Under the pieces are notes generated by a model, which did not search any database, was not told the DNA's origin, and was given only the letters and a program-made list of their open reading frames with translations. Below, piece after piece: positions 36,401-52,500 of a stretch of 64,000 nt of DNA. The DNA lies in NCBI RefSeq assembly GCF_037042905.1, contig NC_087251.1, positions 40,922,001-40,986,000 of the forward strand, written 5' to 3'. Within the stretch, counting starts at the first letter, position 1; each line of letters opens with the position of its first letter. This DNA is from Lytechinus pictus (Eukaryota). The position numbers were made by a program, and so were the translations under genes.

Positions 36401-39400
36401 AAAAAACGTGTTTTAAAACACTGCATAGACTTGTGTGTTATAAATTTGCATTGATGTGATTTTAGATGAATGTTGTTTTTTTAATTCCGTTTTTTATTAA
36501 GTGGTGTATTATTTCCTTCCAACTACAACTCTTTTTCAACACCACTCCTTTTCTCCTCTTTCTCTTTCCCCCTTTATTCTTTCTTTCTCCATTGCTTTGT
36601 CTTGTTCCTCTTCTCCCTGTTCAATTGTGCACATCAATGATCCAATCCACATTAAGAATATTATCATTTTAACAAACATTTGAGTGTTGTGCTCACTTTT
36701 TGGACAGGGAAAGAAACACTATTTTTAAATGAGCTCAAATACATGTTAAAGAAGTACTTGAATGAAATGGAAGTGTTGCACAAGCACAATAATATTTTAC
36801 AAAAAGACTGTAAACCTGACATCATACTCTTGAGGTACACCGTACACACAAAAGCGGTAAAACTTTGTGCTTTGTAAAGATGAAGAAAAGTACTTTAAAC
36901 AGTGTAAGATAATCAGCTAGCAAACCTTAACCCTAACAATTCCAGGGGACCTTAATGGCCCCCTAAAACTTTCTATGATAAATCCATAAACACGACAGGG
37001 CCACGACATATCGTTCTAGACTATTTTTGGGATGCATGCATGGGTGTGCAGTTATGATATACACCACAAGTGCATATTATCAGATCCCAAATTGCTCAAA
37101 AATGTGATTTCATGTATAAACCCAATGTGAGTTCTTGCCAAAATTTGTATCTTTATCATTATTTGTACTTATTGTTAATGATTGGAAAATTATTGCCAAA
37201 ATTTCTATTAGTAATAAAAAAAAGTTTTAAAAATCTATACATAAGAAATATAAAAAAGTTAAAAAAACATTACCGGTAACCTAAATAGACTGGGCTATTT
37301 CATAATTATCTAAGAAGACTGAAGGCCCCCCTCCCCCTTATGATTTGGGCCCTTCGATCGCGGGATCACAACGAAAATTGGCACGCGCATTACCCATGGC
37401 ATAATCTAAAAATAGGAAATAGGGAATATATTTTGACCATAAACAAGGTGAAATTAATTGTTTTAATTGGTAAAAGGAAAAATAATGACACATTTATGAA
37501 TTTTGGCTAAAAACAGTATTTGCATTGGATTTGTACACGAATTGACGTTTTTGAGCAATTTTGGGTCTGCATGCACTTACAAAATGTTGCGTGATTTCGG
37601 AACCGCATACCAGGGGGTCGCGATTTTGGTCTCATAAGTTGCGTTAGACTAAAAAAAGGAAAGGCTTTGAGTGACGCATTAACAAAAAATTGCGCAGTGG
37701 ATTTATCGCAAAAAAATTACGAGGTGGGGGGCTGAATCAGCCCCCACGTCTCATTAGGGTTTAAAAAACATTCTATAGGCCTACTGATTTTTTCTAATAC
37801 TTTTACATTTGATCAGAATTCCTGAATTAAAAAGATAAGTAGTTCAAGGGCTTTATTTATAGATTTGAATTGAGTTTGTATTTCATGCACTAAAATTTGT
37901 ATAATTGATTCAAATGAAATAAAGTATATTGATTTACCGGTAATGAAATTAAGCTTTGAAACCCCATGTACGTCAATTTCTTCCATTGTGTGAATTCTTC
38001 TCCTCCCCCCCCCCCCCCCCCCCCCCGATTGACAAGACTCAATATACCTTGGGACTACATGTATACATGTATTAGGAATAAAGTGTCAACTTACTAAGTG
38101 TTTTTTTTTTGTAGGCATTCAATTTCCATGATTTAGTAATTTTGGGGGAAAAATGAACTTTTCATTTGGAAATTCATTAACAAAATAGTGGTCATCTCTT
38201 ATTTAAAACATCAAGAGCTTAAATCATACTGTATTTTGTGTCAGTAGTGTATAGTTTCATCGATTTACAGAAAATTGCATCATTCGTTGAAAAAAACGTT
38301 TTAAAACGATTTAAAACGTTTTAAAACAATAAAAAACGTTTTATTTGTTTTTTTTAATAAAAAACGTTTTTTATTATGAATGTTTTTTTTGTGAATAATT
38401 ATTCATGTTAATTGTTTTCAAAATCAGCACTGATGCTATGTACTGTATATATATTGAATCGCGTAATGCAGGTGAGACTGCCAGAGGTCTTGTTGTACTA
38501 CTACCTCTATTGATCGGGTCTTTTAGGAACATGTGTTGTTATGTGTGAGAGGACTGATTTGCTGTGCAAATATGGAGATTAATCACTATCTGCATGAAAA
38601 ACAAAGACTTATTACACAGTCAGTTTCATTATACTATTAACTCTATTGATCAGGTCTCTTAGAACATGTGTTGTAATGTACATAGGAAGATGTTGATATT
38701 GCCTTTTGAAGTCCTTAGAGCTACAAAGTGGCCGTAATTATGATTTTAGATTTGAAATTGCTACTGGAGAACTCTAGGAAACTCAAATAATTTTTTCCAC
38801 CAGTAGTAAAGATTGTTGATTGCATGCTTATTTTTGTCTATGGTAGTTTGATATTGGATAACACACATTGACTTTATGATGTAAAACTATGATATAATCA
38901 TGTAAATCAAGGTAGTTAATGTCATAAATTTGTTATGATTTTGGGGGTTATACATGTGTATACATGTACCATTAATATCATACTGTATGTTATTATATTT
39001 TTTATTACTGTGTTATATTCATTTATTCAAGAGGTACATGATATTCATGAAGTATCAGTTTCTGCATTATTATGGAATGTGGATTGACAAGCCAATCTGA
39101 ATTTAAGTAATATTGATCATTTTGATAATTGTGAATGGTTTGCTCCTGTTGCTCTCTCATCAATAGGCCTACATGTACATGTACTTACGTTCCTCTCTCA
39201 CATGGGACCTACATTTAGATCAGTTGTCGTGATATGGTCACCCAAGTAATCACCAGATTTCTCAAACTCAGATAATATATATAACTTGCACAAATCACAC
39301 TGAAAACCAAAGCAGGATACAACAGATTTTAGTAATACATGTAGGTGATGTTATACCCTAAAAAATAATTATCGTCACAGTCTCAAACAGATGGGCACCT

Positions 39401-42400
39401 TGAGTTACTCAGGAGTACACGGCAGTACGTCCTTTTGTCAGGCCTTCCTTGCACCAACCGACCATACCTTTGTGCATACGTGTATATGATGACAAATACC
39501 TAATTTGAATAATTATTTGATTACAGAAAGTACGTCTAGAGAGCATTGGTGCAGAAGACATTGCTGATGGAAACACTCGACTGATCTTAGGTTTAATCTG
39601 GACTGTCATTCTTAGATTTCAGATTCAAGACATTCAGGTTGAAGTAAGTATTTCTATTTTATGTGTTTTTAAAGGATAATACATTTATAAAATGAATGCC
39701 AATTTGATGTTGGTTGTTAAGACATGTGACTTCAGCATTAAGGAGGAAGTTAACCCTGACAAAAGGTTTATTGTAAAAATAGCAGAAAAGAATGACAAGA
39801 AAATATTGGTGAAGGTTTGAGGAAAATCTGTTCAAGAATGAAAAAAATATTATAATTTTGTTTATTTGTCATATGCGAGCAGCTTTCCCACACATTGTAT
39901 GGTGAAAAATCAATGAAATGTCATTTTCTCAGAAAATTGAAAATAGTTTGTATTGAACTTTCAGTATATCATTAGACAAGTCATTTTAATTAGTCTTCAC
40001 GAGCCATTAAAAATTGGAAATTTATGCAATTTATATTTATACATAAAATATGGGGAAGCTGTTTTTACATGTACATGTATATGATGTCACAAATAAAAAA
40101 AAATAAATTCCAATAACTTTTCTATTCTTTGATGGATTTTCCTCAAACTTTCACCAATATTTTTCTTTTTTTTCCTGCTACTTTTACAAGAAACTTTTAT
40201 CAGGGTGACCAATTTATTAGCCGGATTATGGAAGCTGTCTCAGATGCATTTAGGTTATGCCAAAATTTTTCAAATTTGAAAAGTCTTTTAGCTGCATTGA
40301 CTGCCCTCTGTTGTTAACTTGTTCCTATGCACAAAGTATTTATAGCTACAATGTACATTCAGGGTACATTGTAACAATAGCATAGTTCATAGGTCATGCT
40401 AGGGTCATTCAGAATTCATGTATTCCAGTAGTACAGATCTGGACTATCCTGTGGTCATTAAAACCGACCCTCATTCATTTCCAAACTTTGGTTTACATAT
40501 CTAGTATTTTAAAACAGTTCCTGATTTGATATGATACTTTAAAAACCTTTGGGCTGGTATTTTTACATGATAAGCCTTATGTTTAGCCCATTTCTAAAAA
40601 TCAATATTACTTTATTTTTTATCAGTACAAAGCAGAACCTTTTCCTTTAAATTGTGTCTTCTTTTTTTCCAATAGGATGATGGATCAACTGAAACGAAAT
40701 CTGCAAAGGAGGCATTGTTGCTATGGTGTCAAAGAAAGACAGCAGGGTAAATATCATATTGGCTTAGATCATTGTTTAATCATTTTGAAAACAAAATAGT
40801 GTCAAAGGGTTGATCTCAAATTTTGAGGAAAATCAATGTTTTGTTCAAATGGATAGATTCAAATAACACTGAATTAGATGGGGCTACAGAAATCTACTGT
40901 ACTAGGGGTAATTCTATTTGCACTCACACGTATTGCGAGGTTAGTATTAGTATACTAGCCTCGCACCATGAACCGCGTTTGGCAGTGGATTTCTAACTAG
41001 TCAGGTTCAGATCCAGGAATTACAAAAAAGTGGGGCAAACATTTTCTGACAATTACGGGGAAAAAATAATTTGGTAAAATCAATGTTACTACCATCAGAG
41101 GCACTTTCTTGCCTAGAATTTCAGATAAGCAAAAAAGAAATGTCCTCAAAAAGAGGGAGAGGGGGCACATACCTCTAAATGGATTTGCAAGTGTTCTACA
41201 TGTATATGAATCCCTATTATGCCTTGCCAGAGGGACGACATGGCCATTCCATTCGGTACATGTTAAAGGTAGCTAGGTTTTTTTTTTCTTTTAACCTCTT
41301 TATTTTCATGAGATACAAGGTGTTCTCACACCTACCGATGGTTGAAAATTATCGATTTATTTTAATGAATCAGTTTTATGATTTGCTAGTATACCATACA
41401 AGCTTCTAATGCTGATTCATATGTGGTATCACAGTTTAACACTTGGTGAGTTTATTGATGGTGGTAGTAAATGGAGGGGTGAGAGTTGAATGATGAATGT
41501 TTTTCTAATAAATTGAAGTATGCACCCCTAATTGCTTTTGACTTGTTTGGGTTGGAAGAGCTGTGGTGTACTGATGGGTGTTTCATGAAAGTTGCCGGCA
41601 CTGACTTAATTATCAGTGCTGGCAATTTCAGTGAAATCCTTGGTTTTGATTGGCTGAAAAGCACTGGCCTCTGACTGTTACTATGGTAACTGTCGGAGAA
41701 AGACAACTTGTCAGTGCTGACAACTTTCATGAAACGGTCCCCTGGTTGTGCCTCTCTCCATGTTAGCAGAGGGTCATGAGTTCAAATCCAACCGCGTCCT
41801 AGCGTCCCTAGGCAAAGCATTAATCCACACTTTGCCATGCTCCACCCAGCTGCTAAATGGGTACAATGTGAAAGTCATTTTAGCTTGTCCAGTACTGTGT
41901 GTTTCAATGGCGATTAGCTAAAATACTCCCCAGGGAGTGGAGGATGTGCATACATTGTGTGTGGGAATGACCGATTGAATCTGATGACAGGAGCAATGAT
42001 AAATCTGTAAGTGCTTAAATATTTACAATGTATGTCTTGGGTACATAAGAAATGCCAGATTCTTATTGTTGCTGTTATTTTTCTTTGATTTAGTTATCCT
42101 GGAGTGGATGTACGTAACTTCACTAGCAGCTGGCGATCTGGTTTAGCCTTCAATGCACTTCTTCATGCTCACAGGTAAAGTACACATTCATACATCATTA
42201 AATGGTCTAAACTAGCTAGCAAATAATCTGTACTGACCGCAAAGAAACGTTGCTAGCGCTAACAGAGGCCCTGTTACAACCAGTTATGTGGCAGTGATGG
42301 CAAATGTTACAACGATACATTACTTACACATTGAAATAAATGTTTTGACTTCACAATCCGAAAGATGTGACTGGGCTTACTGTTAGTGCTCTGTTAGGCT

Positions 42401-45400
42401 AACAACGTTTCTGTGTGGCCGACATTGGTATTTAGATTGTCCGACTAGGTTCTACCTACTGTGCCGTTATCGCTCTCCATATCTCCCTATCTCTCATTTA
42501 CTTTAGTTTTGGAGAATCTAGTGCTTAACCCCTAAAACCATCAGGTATCCCTCAGAGGATCCTTTGGGTTGAGCAATAATAAATGGTTTTTGGAGTCTTT
42601 TTGAGGATAACATCACAGGAAGGATACCTAATTGAGTTGTCTTATCGAGGGTACTTTCATACAAACAATATTTTTAGGATACTTTCACATTTGGAGTATC
42701 TTGACGATATTTTGGACTTGAATGTTTTAAAAATACTTTCACATGGGAGTCTCTGTCAAGGAGTAATTTATTGGAAATATGTCGATGTAAAAAATTATTA
42801 CTCTCCATTTTAGTATTTGCTATCATTTTGTGAGAATTCTTTACCAGTTTTTTAATGTAAACTTCTTTTTTTTTTTTTACCTACAGACCAGAGCTATTGA
42901 ACTTTGAAGTATTGAAACATCAGAGTAATATAGACAATCTCAACAATGCTTTTAAGTTGGCTCATGAGAGGCTTGGTATAGCACGACTGCTCGATGCTGA
43001 AGGTAATCATACAGGCCCTTTTTCTCGAGAGGGGGGGGGGGCTCACTTATGAAAAAAAAAATTGTTCTTGTCAACAAAAATAGTTGACCATGGAGATAAA
43101 AGGAGATAGAATGAGTCACCATTGTCCTCATTCACAAAAAATAAAATTGTCAACAGTAAGACGGTCATTAGCCTCCTCAAAAAATTGACAAGCAAAAGAA
43201 TTATCAACTAAATTACTTTTCACCAGAGGGGGGGGGGGTGTTTCATGCAAGCTCCCTGTTTGTATGATCCAGTCGTACTACGCCTTCTCGAAAAGTTTGT
43301 GTGCGTTTGTAAAAAGCGGACACTAACTAAGGAGCTTTCATGTTGGACAATGGATGCTTCTTCAACGATGGTCAATCGATATCTGTGTCCCATTGGATGT
43401 TCAGTGTTTCTCTCTTACGAATAAATCATTCTGATTTTCAGGACGTGAAAAAGTTTCATGTTGGCATTTTAAGCAAAAGTCTAATTCACAAAAAAGTCAT
43501 AAAAATTGAAGGACTGATGCAACCCCAGGATTGACGTATATACGCAGATGGTTCAATTTCAATTTCTTCATTGAAAAGCAATGCTGTTAGTAATGAAAGC
43601 TCCTCATTGTTTACACTATGGAAACTATGCAATTTAAAGATACTTGTTAACATATTGGAGAATTCCTTTACCATATGATTCATTTGCCATTTATTTTAGT
43701 TGTGCAAGATTTGAAATATAGTAATAATCCCATTCATTCTAGAGTCTTCTGCAGTGTCAAGTATTACTGCACCATGATTTGTATTGTATTAAAAGACATC
43801 AATGAGACTATTATTTATACTTTCACAGATTTAGATGTAGAGAGACCAGATGAGAAATCAGTGATGACATACGTTGCTGCCTATTATCACTATTTTGCTA
43901 AAATGAAGACGGAGAAAACAGGTGGCAAAAGAATTGCAAAGGTATACTATTTCACATTTGAAGGAAAACAACTTGTAGGTTTTTTAAATCCCGAACAAGA
44001 CACTTTGAGCTCCAGGTCAAGTCTGATGTGTAAAAGCTCAATCATTTTTGTCTCGCCTGCATAGCAAAGTGAGACTATAGGCACTGCTTTTCTGACGGTA
44101 GCGGCGGCGTCGTGAACATTGAAATCTTAACCAAGGTTAAGTTTTTGAAATGTTATCATAACTTAAAAAGAATGTGGACCTAGTTCATGAAACTTAGACA
44201 TAAGGGTAATCAAGTATTACTGAATACCTTGCTTGAGTTTCAGGTCACATGACCAAGGTCAAAGGTCATTTAGGGTCAATGAACTTTGGCAATGTTGGGG
44301 GTATTTGTGGAGTTGTCATCATAACTTTGAAATTTTGTGGATCTAGTTTATGAAACTTAGACATAAGAGCAATGAAGTATCCCTGAAGATCCTGTGCAAG
44401 TTTTAGGTCACATGAACAAGGTCAGAGGTCATTTAGGGTCAACAAACTTTGGTAATTTTGGGGGTATTTGTGGATTTTGTCATAACTTCAAAAGTTTGTA
44501 GATTTATTTCATGAAACTTGGACATAAGAGCAACCATGTATCCTTGAACATCCTGTGTGTTTCAGGTCACATGATGAAGATCAAAGGTCTTTTAAGGTCA
44601 ATGAACTTTGGCCGTGGTAGGGGTATTTGTTGAATTGGCATCATAACTTAAAATGTTTATGGATTTAGTTCATGAAACATAGACATGAGGGTAATCAAGT
44701 ATGAATGATTGCTTGCACACGTCTTAGATCACATGATCATGGTCAAAGGCGATTTTGGGTGACCGGACATAGTATTTTATTATCTTTTCATTTGTGAATA
44801 ATTATTCAATAGCTGTTTTCAATGTCCGCACTGCTGCTATATCAAATCGCTTAATGCAGGCGAGACTGCCAGAGGTGTTCCACTTGTTAGTTACACATAC
44901 ATGATAACATGGGCTGCAAGGGAGAATTGAAAAATGTAAGAAATATTTACTTGAACAAAGTTTCCCAAGAAGAATAAGGATTGATTGAATAGTGATATTC
45001 CACGTAAACTGAAATTCTTAAATAAACTGAAATTGTTAAATAGAGCTTTAAATCACTTTGCAAGAGAAACATTGTGATCAATGCCTGATGTTGAGTATAC
45101 TTCAAATGGTTGATTTATCTATCAGAATTCACGTGAAGGGGTTAAATCAAGATAACGGCGCAACCTGCCTACATGAATCATGAAACATACAGATTGGTCA
45201 ATACAATGTATACCCTACACTGAAAAAAAATCCCATGATAGAATTAGCATTGCATATGATTTCTATTCCCATATTTTGATTATTTCATCTCATATATAGA
45301 TTATCAGTCAAATCAAGGAGATAGATAATCTTCAGGATGAATATGAGAGATTGGTAAGTGATCTATTAGAATGGATACAGAGTACAACAAGAAAGCTGAG

Positions 45401-46559
45401 TAATAGAGATCTACCAAACCTACTAGCCGGGATTCAAGAAGAGATGGCTAGATTCAAAACATACAGGATGGTAGAGAAACCTCCAAAGTAAGTTGATAAT
45501 TTCATTCACTCACCGTCATCGTCATCATCATTTATCTATTCATTCATTTATTTACATATTTTTGAAAAATGAATTGAATTCATTTATTTTCCATTGAAAA
45601 AAACATGCAAAATCAAGAATATACAAACATTACATAGTTTAAAAATGAGACATTATACAAATGACGTATCATACTTTGAAAATAAATGCAAAATACTTTG
45701 TTTTATATATACATATTGGGAAAATTGGATGCCCATGGGAGCAGTATTCTTGTTGGGTTGGGTCACCCAGAAAATATATGAATCAGTAAATGTTCGAATA
45801 CATAATACATTTATATGGAATACTAAATGGATAAAACTTCTATCAACAATATTGATATATTACATATTTATACGATACTTTATAACTAATAACCCGACCC
45901 ACCCACCAAACATCCATTGGCAAAGAATGCCAAATGTCTGGACCTGTGTGGCGAATAGACTTTCTGATAGTTATACAGGTTGGTACAGAATTGGTGGTCT
46001 TACATGAGGCCCTGTTCACAAATAAAACATTTTTAGTAAGAATAAAACAAGATATAACATATGTACAGACAAGTATACAAATGTGTATATTGAACTTAAT
46101 TGGTATCTTTGTGTATTATATTTATTTGATAATCTTCCTTTACGTTTTCAATCAGACTGATGGATTTAATTTTAAATTGTCAATATAATTTAATGATACT
46201 GAAGCAAAATTTGATTGAAGAAACTGAAACCACATATCAAGTGTGTTAGAGAGTGATTGTCACTCATCACAGGATACATCCAATTCTACAGTGTATGCAT
46301 GTCTCAACCCATATGGTTTGAAATTATGTCTTTTTCTTAAAATGTGGTAATGCTTTCATATATCATCATCATCATCATCACAATCATCATCATCAAGATC
46401 ATCACCATAATCATCATCACTATCATCATCCTCATCATCCTCATCATCATTATCATCATCATCATTACCATCATCATTATAATCACCATCATCATTATCA
46501 GCATCACCATCGTCAACATCATCGTCACCATCATTATCATCTTCATCATTATCTTCAAT

Positions 46560-46591
<32 letters not shown>

Positions 46592-49500
46592 CATCACCAT
46601 CAATATAACAACAACATCATCAACATCATCATCACCATCATTATCATCATCACTTTCATCATCTTAATCATCATCTTCAATATCATCATCATCACCATCA
46701 TCATCAATATAACAACAACATCATCATCACCATCATTATCATCATCATCATCATCACCATCAATATAACAACAACATCACCACCACCATCATCACCATCA
46801 TCATCATCATCAATAATAACATCATCATCATCACCATATTCATCAATATAACAACATCATCATTAATATCATCATTACCATCATCATATATTGCATTTAC
46901 AATATCACCATGAATATCACAATCGTCTCTGTGTTCTCTATTTATCTTCTTCATTTTAAAAGTCCCTTATCAATATTCATTATTTGATGTACGATAGGTA
47001 TGCTGAGAGGGGGAACATAGAAGCCACATTATTCAGTATTCAGACCAAGATACGAGTGTGCAGACGCAAGATATATGTTCCTCCTGAGGGCAAACTCATC
47101 AATGACATAGAGAAGAAATGGGCTCTTTTAGAAGAAGCAGAGCACAAGAGGGAGACTGCACTCCGAGAAGAACTAGCCCGGCAAGAAAAACTTGAGAGGC
47201 TTGCCGAGAAGTTTGAGAGAAAGGTAGGGTAAATCTTCAAAATACCGTTGATTGATGACACTTTTGAAATAAGAATCTAACTTTCTTTGTACCATTGGTT
47301 GCATTCATAGTATCATTAAAGGTCAATTCCACCCCAGTAAAATGTTGATTTGAATCGATAGAGAAAAATCAAACAAGCATAATATTACAAATTTCATTGA
47401 AATCGGATGTAAAATAAGAAAGTCATGAACATTTTGAAGTTTCGCTTATTAAAAAAAAAAACAGTTCTACTCACAACTTAGTGACTTTAAATGAGAGAGT
47501 CAATGATGTCCATTACTCACTATTTCTTTTGTTTTTTATTGTTTGACTTATACAATATTTCATTTTTTTACCAATTTGACATTAAGGACCAACTTAACTG
47601 AACCATAAAATGTTACAACAATGGTAATAATAGTGAGTCAGAGATGTCATCAGTTCCCTCATTTGCATACCGACCAGGATGTGCATATTACTGTTTTGTG
47701 AAATAAAGCGAAACTTAAAAATGTCATAACTTTCTTATTTTACATCCGATTTTGATGATATTTTCAGTGTTATGCTTGATGGATTTTTCTCTTTTTCTTC
47801 AAATCAACTTTTTGTTGGGGTGGGCTTGTCCTTTAAAGCTTTAGTTCATGAGTTCCCAGTGGATGTTTGGAAGTACTTCTTTATCATTTTTATGTAACAT
47901 TTATCTGTTTCCTTCAAATACACTGCCTCATTAATTGAACCAATGATCAATGATCATAAAAATTTTTTTATCATGATAACTTTTAATAATTTGTTTGCAA
48001 AGAAAAAAAAATAATAATATGGGTATATTTACCCAGGGAAGCCACTTCAGTTCTGAAAACTGTTCTCCCAGCGGGCCCTGCTATTATTATTACCCCGGCT
48101 TTAGCTGGGCTGCCTAGGCGCTCAAAGCATTCAAAAAAAAATTTCCTACCGGGTACCCATTCACCTCACCTGGGTTGAGTGCAGCACAGTGTGGATAAAT
48201 TTCTTGCTGAAGGAAATTACGCCATGGCTGGGATTCGAACCCACGACCCTCTGTTTTAAAGTCAGAAGACTAATCCACTGGGCCACAACATAACAAAAAA
48301 AAAAACCCAACTTACAGTAGTAGCTACCTGTATGTAGCGTCTTGTTTTATCACAAATTTCTATTCTGCTTCAAGTTTGATGCAGTACTGAAGTATTGTTC
48401 TTGATCATTTAAGCTGGCTCAAATTCTTGTCCTGGAGAAACTTTGGAGGTAAAATTCAAAGAAATTACTTTCATTTTAATAGATAGATAGATAGATAGAT
48501 AAATGGTATTTATTGTGATAAAAATTCAATTAGCAGCCAAAGGCTGAATTACATGAATTTGTACAGAGTAAAATTTCAGTAAACAAACAAGCGAAACAGT
48601 AAAAAAAAAATGATAACAAAGTATACTAATGTATAATATTGGAAAGGGGATACAAAGAGAAAAGTATACAGAGGGAGAAATAATAGAGTCTGTTTCATCA
48701 TCCTTGTTGTTCATGTAGACTGACTGGCCATCATATTGTTTGTTTTTTATTTCCATATAAAAAGTCATAAATAAAATACATGAAAATCATAGAAATATCT
48801 ACAATGGAGGATAGCCCATTTCACTGATATTTACAAAATATCACTGTTCTTCCATGGGGTCCTAATTAAACAAAAATAACTCAAACAGATGTAAGATTGA
48901 AAATTAAAACAAAGCATAAAACACAAAACAATAACTAAATCAGTATTGAACAAAAATAAGATGAATAAAAGAAAACCTAGCTAACTCAAAATCATGTATA
49001 ATGCAACAAATAATCAAGGTTGCAACAGATAATCAAAATAATCAAGATCATGTGTTATATATCTTTGATGCTTTTCTCTTTTTTTGTCAGGTTCTGTTGA
49101 GAGAATCGTGGTTAGAAGACATGATGAGTGTATTGATTGAGAGTGTAACGCCTAGTAGTGATGTACATGCAGTAGATGCAGCCACTAAAAGACACGAAGC
49201 CATAACAGCTGATGTCATGGCCAGGGTAAGTATTTCAAAAATGAGCTAGGAATATAGAAACATTTCCTTGGAATAATTTATTTCTACCCATGAATGATAT
49301 GTAAGGTGAATGAAGAGCACATATTTTCATGAATAACTTATATGCTTTTCTCACTGCATTTCCTTAACCCCATACTATCCTTAACCCGGACTATCCTTAA
49401 CCCCATACTTTCTTTTTTTTTCGATTCACACTGTCTTTCTTAACCCCGTACTATTTGCTTAGCCGGGGTTAACGCCTTAACCCCAGGCAATCACACAGCT

Positions 49501-52500
49501 CAAAAATATTGATGATTTTACCATACAGAGCGCAATTAATGTGCAATTTCGACTTCTGTGATTGGCTAATGCTTAGCCCCACTTTTGCTTAGCCCTGTTT
49601 CGTTTCACACTGCATCTCTTAGCACCGCTAGCACCACAATAAGCTGGCTAACCCTGCTTTTTTGCAGGGCCAGATAGTACCGTACTATTTACCGTGCTAG
49701 CCCACTTTGCTAAAACGTAGTGTGAAAACGAAGTGGGCTAAGCTTCACCCCGGGAAATTGGTGGGGCTAAGACCCCCCCGCCAATTTCCTGGGGTTAAGG
49801 GAAAAAAGTGCAGTGTGAGAAGCATATTAGATGTATTCCATTTCTTAAAGGAGAATGAAACCCTTGAAACCAGCTGAATCCATATCAAAGAGAAAAATCA
49901 AAGAAACATATTGGTGAAAGTTTGAGGAAGATTGAATGAATAATAAGAAAGTGATGAGCATTTGAATATTGAGATCACTAATGCCATGTAGATCCTCCAT
50001 TGGCAATGCGACCAAGATCTGTGATGTCACACACGTACAACTCCCTCATTACTATAGTACTTATTTCACTTATATTCTCACTTTTATAGAGTCTATCACA
50101 AGGTGAGGTGTTCTCTTTATGAGAGGACAAGAACAGAGGTTTCACAACATTATATCATTGATGAATCGTTTGTCTTATGATTAGAATGAGCAAAAAGAGA
50201 TGTTTTGGGGTATATTTTCAGCATCCAAAAGGGGAGAGTTGTTCATCTGTGACATCATAGATCTTGGTCGCATTGCCAATGGGAGGATCTCCATAGCATT
50301 AGTGATCTCGACATTCAAATGCTCATATTGCTAGTCCTATTTTACTCAAACTTTTGTTGATCTTATTCTTTGATTTTTCTGCTTTTACAAAAGCTAACTT
50401 GCTCCAAGAGTTTCATTCTCCTTTAAATAGAAACTTTCTTGCATTTTTTAGAGATACTTATCTGTAGACCAGAAAATTCGTATTTATATATATTTTATGT
50501 TCATAATGTATCAACCATGGAGTGAAATTGATATATGACCTTTGTGTTGCCTTTTTATTTGTGTTACTTTGTAACTTTTGAAAAAGCGCTTAATAAGAAG
50601 TAATTATTATTATTATTATCATTATTATTATTATTATTACATTTATTTGTATTCATTGACATAGAAATGAAATACTTATACAATGACTGAATGTGGCAAT
50701 GAGTTTGTAATTTACCATATAATCCCAATTCTTGCTTTGAAAAATCCTTCATATAGAAAGAAAGATTTGCCGACTTAGAATCCATGGCACTGGAGCTAGC
50801 CAAAGAGGGCTACCATCGAGAGAGGGAGATCACTAAAAGGTCAGGGGAGGTCAGTCGAAAATGGAAGGAACTACTTACACTGTTAGACAAGAGGAAGACT
50901 ATATTGAAAGGGGTCAATGAACTTATGGACATGTTTCGAGAAGTGGATGGTATCATGGCAGAAATGGAAGAAATACAGGTATGTTATTTATTTTGTTTTA
51001 TTAAATTTCTGTTACAATTACTATATATGAGTGTGTGAAGATCATCATCGTTTGGTTTGCAAGGATTTGAAACAAAAGTCTACACAATTTGGGACAGTTA
51101 TGAATGTATCGATGAAGAGTAAATTGTGTATTGATTAGCAGAAGTCAGGATGTTTTTTACCTGAAATGTTTTTAAAGCATTATTATTTTTTTTATACTGT
51201 CATCAAACGAAGTAGTATAAACGAATCACAGTATACTATAGTTGGGTGGGCAAGCGGTCGGCTCGTAAGTTTTTGCTGAGTGCTCATGAGACTTGGCACA
51301 TACATTGTTCTTGGGAAAGGATATGCAAACACACATTTCATATGCATTAGGCCCTGCATTTTCATGGTAATCGCATATTATGGCAATAAATGGGGGAAAT
51401 GTAATCTTCATTTATATAATGTTCCCACTCAAGGCATCCATCAATCGGTGATATTTCTGGTTTAGATATAGATATATATATAATTTTTTGTAGGGATCAT
51501 TCATTTCGATGGATTCACAATATGGTGTGCCACCTATCAGTTGCAGTGGACAGGCTAAAATTCGCAATGCCCCGTGGGAAATAGTCTACATCTGTTGCAC
51601 GTGCTAGTGCATGCATGCGATTATGCCGCGCTGGCCGACGCTGCTCGGCCGGCTTGAATAAAGTTATGCTGTCTACCAGGGTCCAGGAGGTGGGAGAGAA
51701 ATTTGCCGCATATTTTTTGGTGAAATTTAGACCGTTTCCAGTGAATTCTTCCTCTGCCTGTGCCATATGGTTATTATTTTTGAAGCATCACAGTCACATT
51801 ACAGCAAACTAGCACTGCGCGCTGCCTGTGCCTGAGCTCGATGTCGAAGTTAGAAATTGTCCTGTCCGCTGCAACCGATAGATGGCGCGCCATATTGTGA
51901 ATCCACCGAATTACAAGTATATCATGAATGGCATGAAATAATTTTGAAACTCTTTTTAGGGAGTCTAATTTCCTAATTCATTTAACTGTTCCAGGTAACT
52001 TTACATTCCGACGAGAGAGGGAAACATCTTCAAGCTGTTGAAGATCTTCTTCAGAAACAGAGTCTAGTTGATACCCAGATCGCAACACAAGGAGAGAGGA
52101 TCAATCAAGTTAATATCATTGCCGATAGATGTCTTCAACAAGATCATCCAGAGAGTCCAACAATTAAAAGGAGAACAGTCGACCTCAATGTCACTTACAA
52201 CGCGTAAGAGTCGTAGTCCACGCTTCTATGAAATGAAAAATAATATCGGATTTGTATAGTGCACTTTTCCACCTTGTTAGGTGCTCTAGGTGCTCCAATA
52301 TTAACCTTGTCTAAACCAGTTATGGAATGTTAAGTTTCAGCTTGTTATTCATGACAGAGATAATGTATCAAATAATTCAAGTGAATTTATTGTCTCAATG
52401 ACAAATGCAACCAGTTCATAGCTGATTTCGATGTCGCCAAGGGTGATATTTTGATAATGAAACCCATACTCAAACTACACAAGAAATTTACTCTGCACTT

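Noticed and set aside
46337..46954. Poly-Met / poly-Ile ORFs
   Set aside because: Translations of a (CAT)n microsatellite.
48215..48288. tRNA gene
   Set aside because: A and B boxes are present, but the sequence continues into a SINE core and tail and has no convincing acceptor stem.
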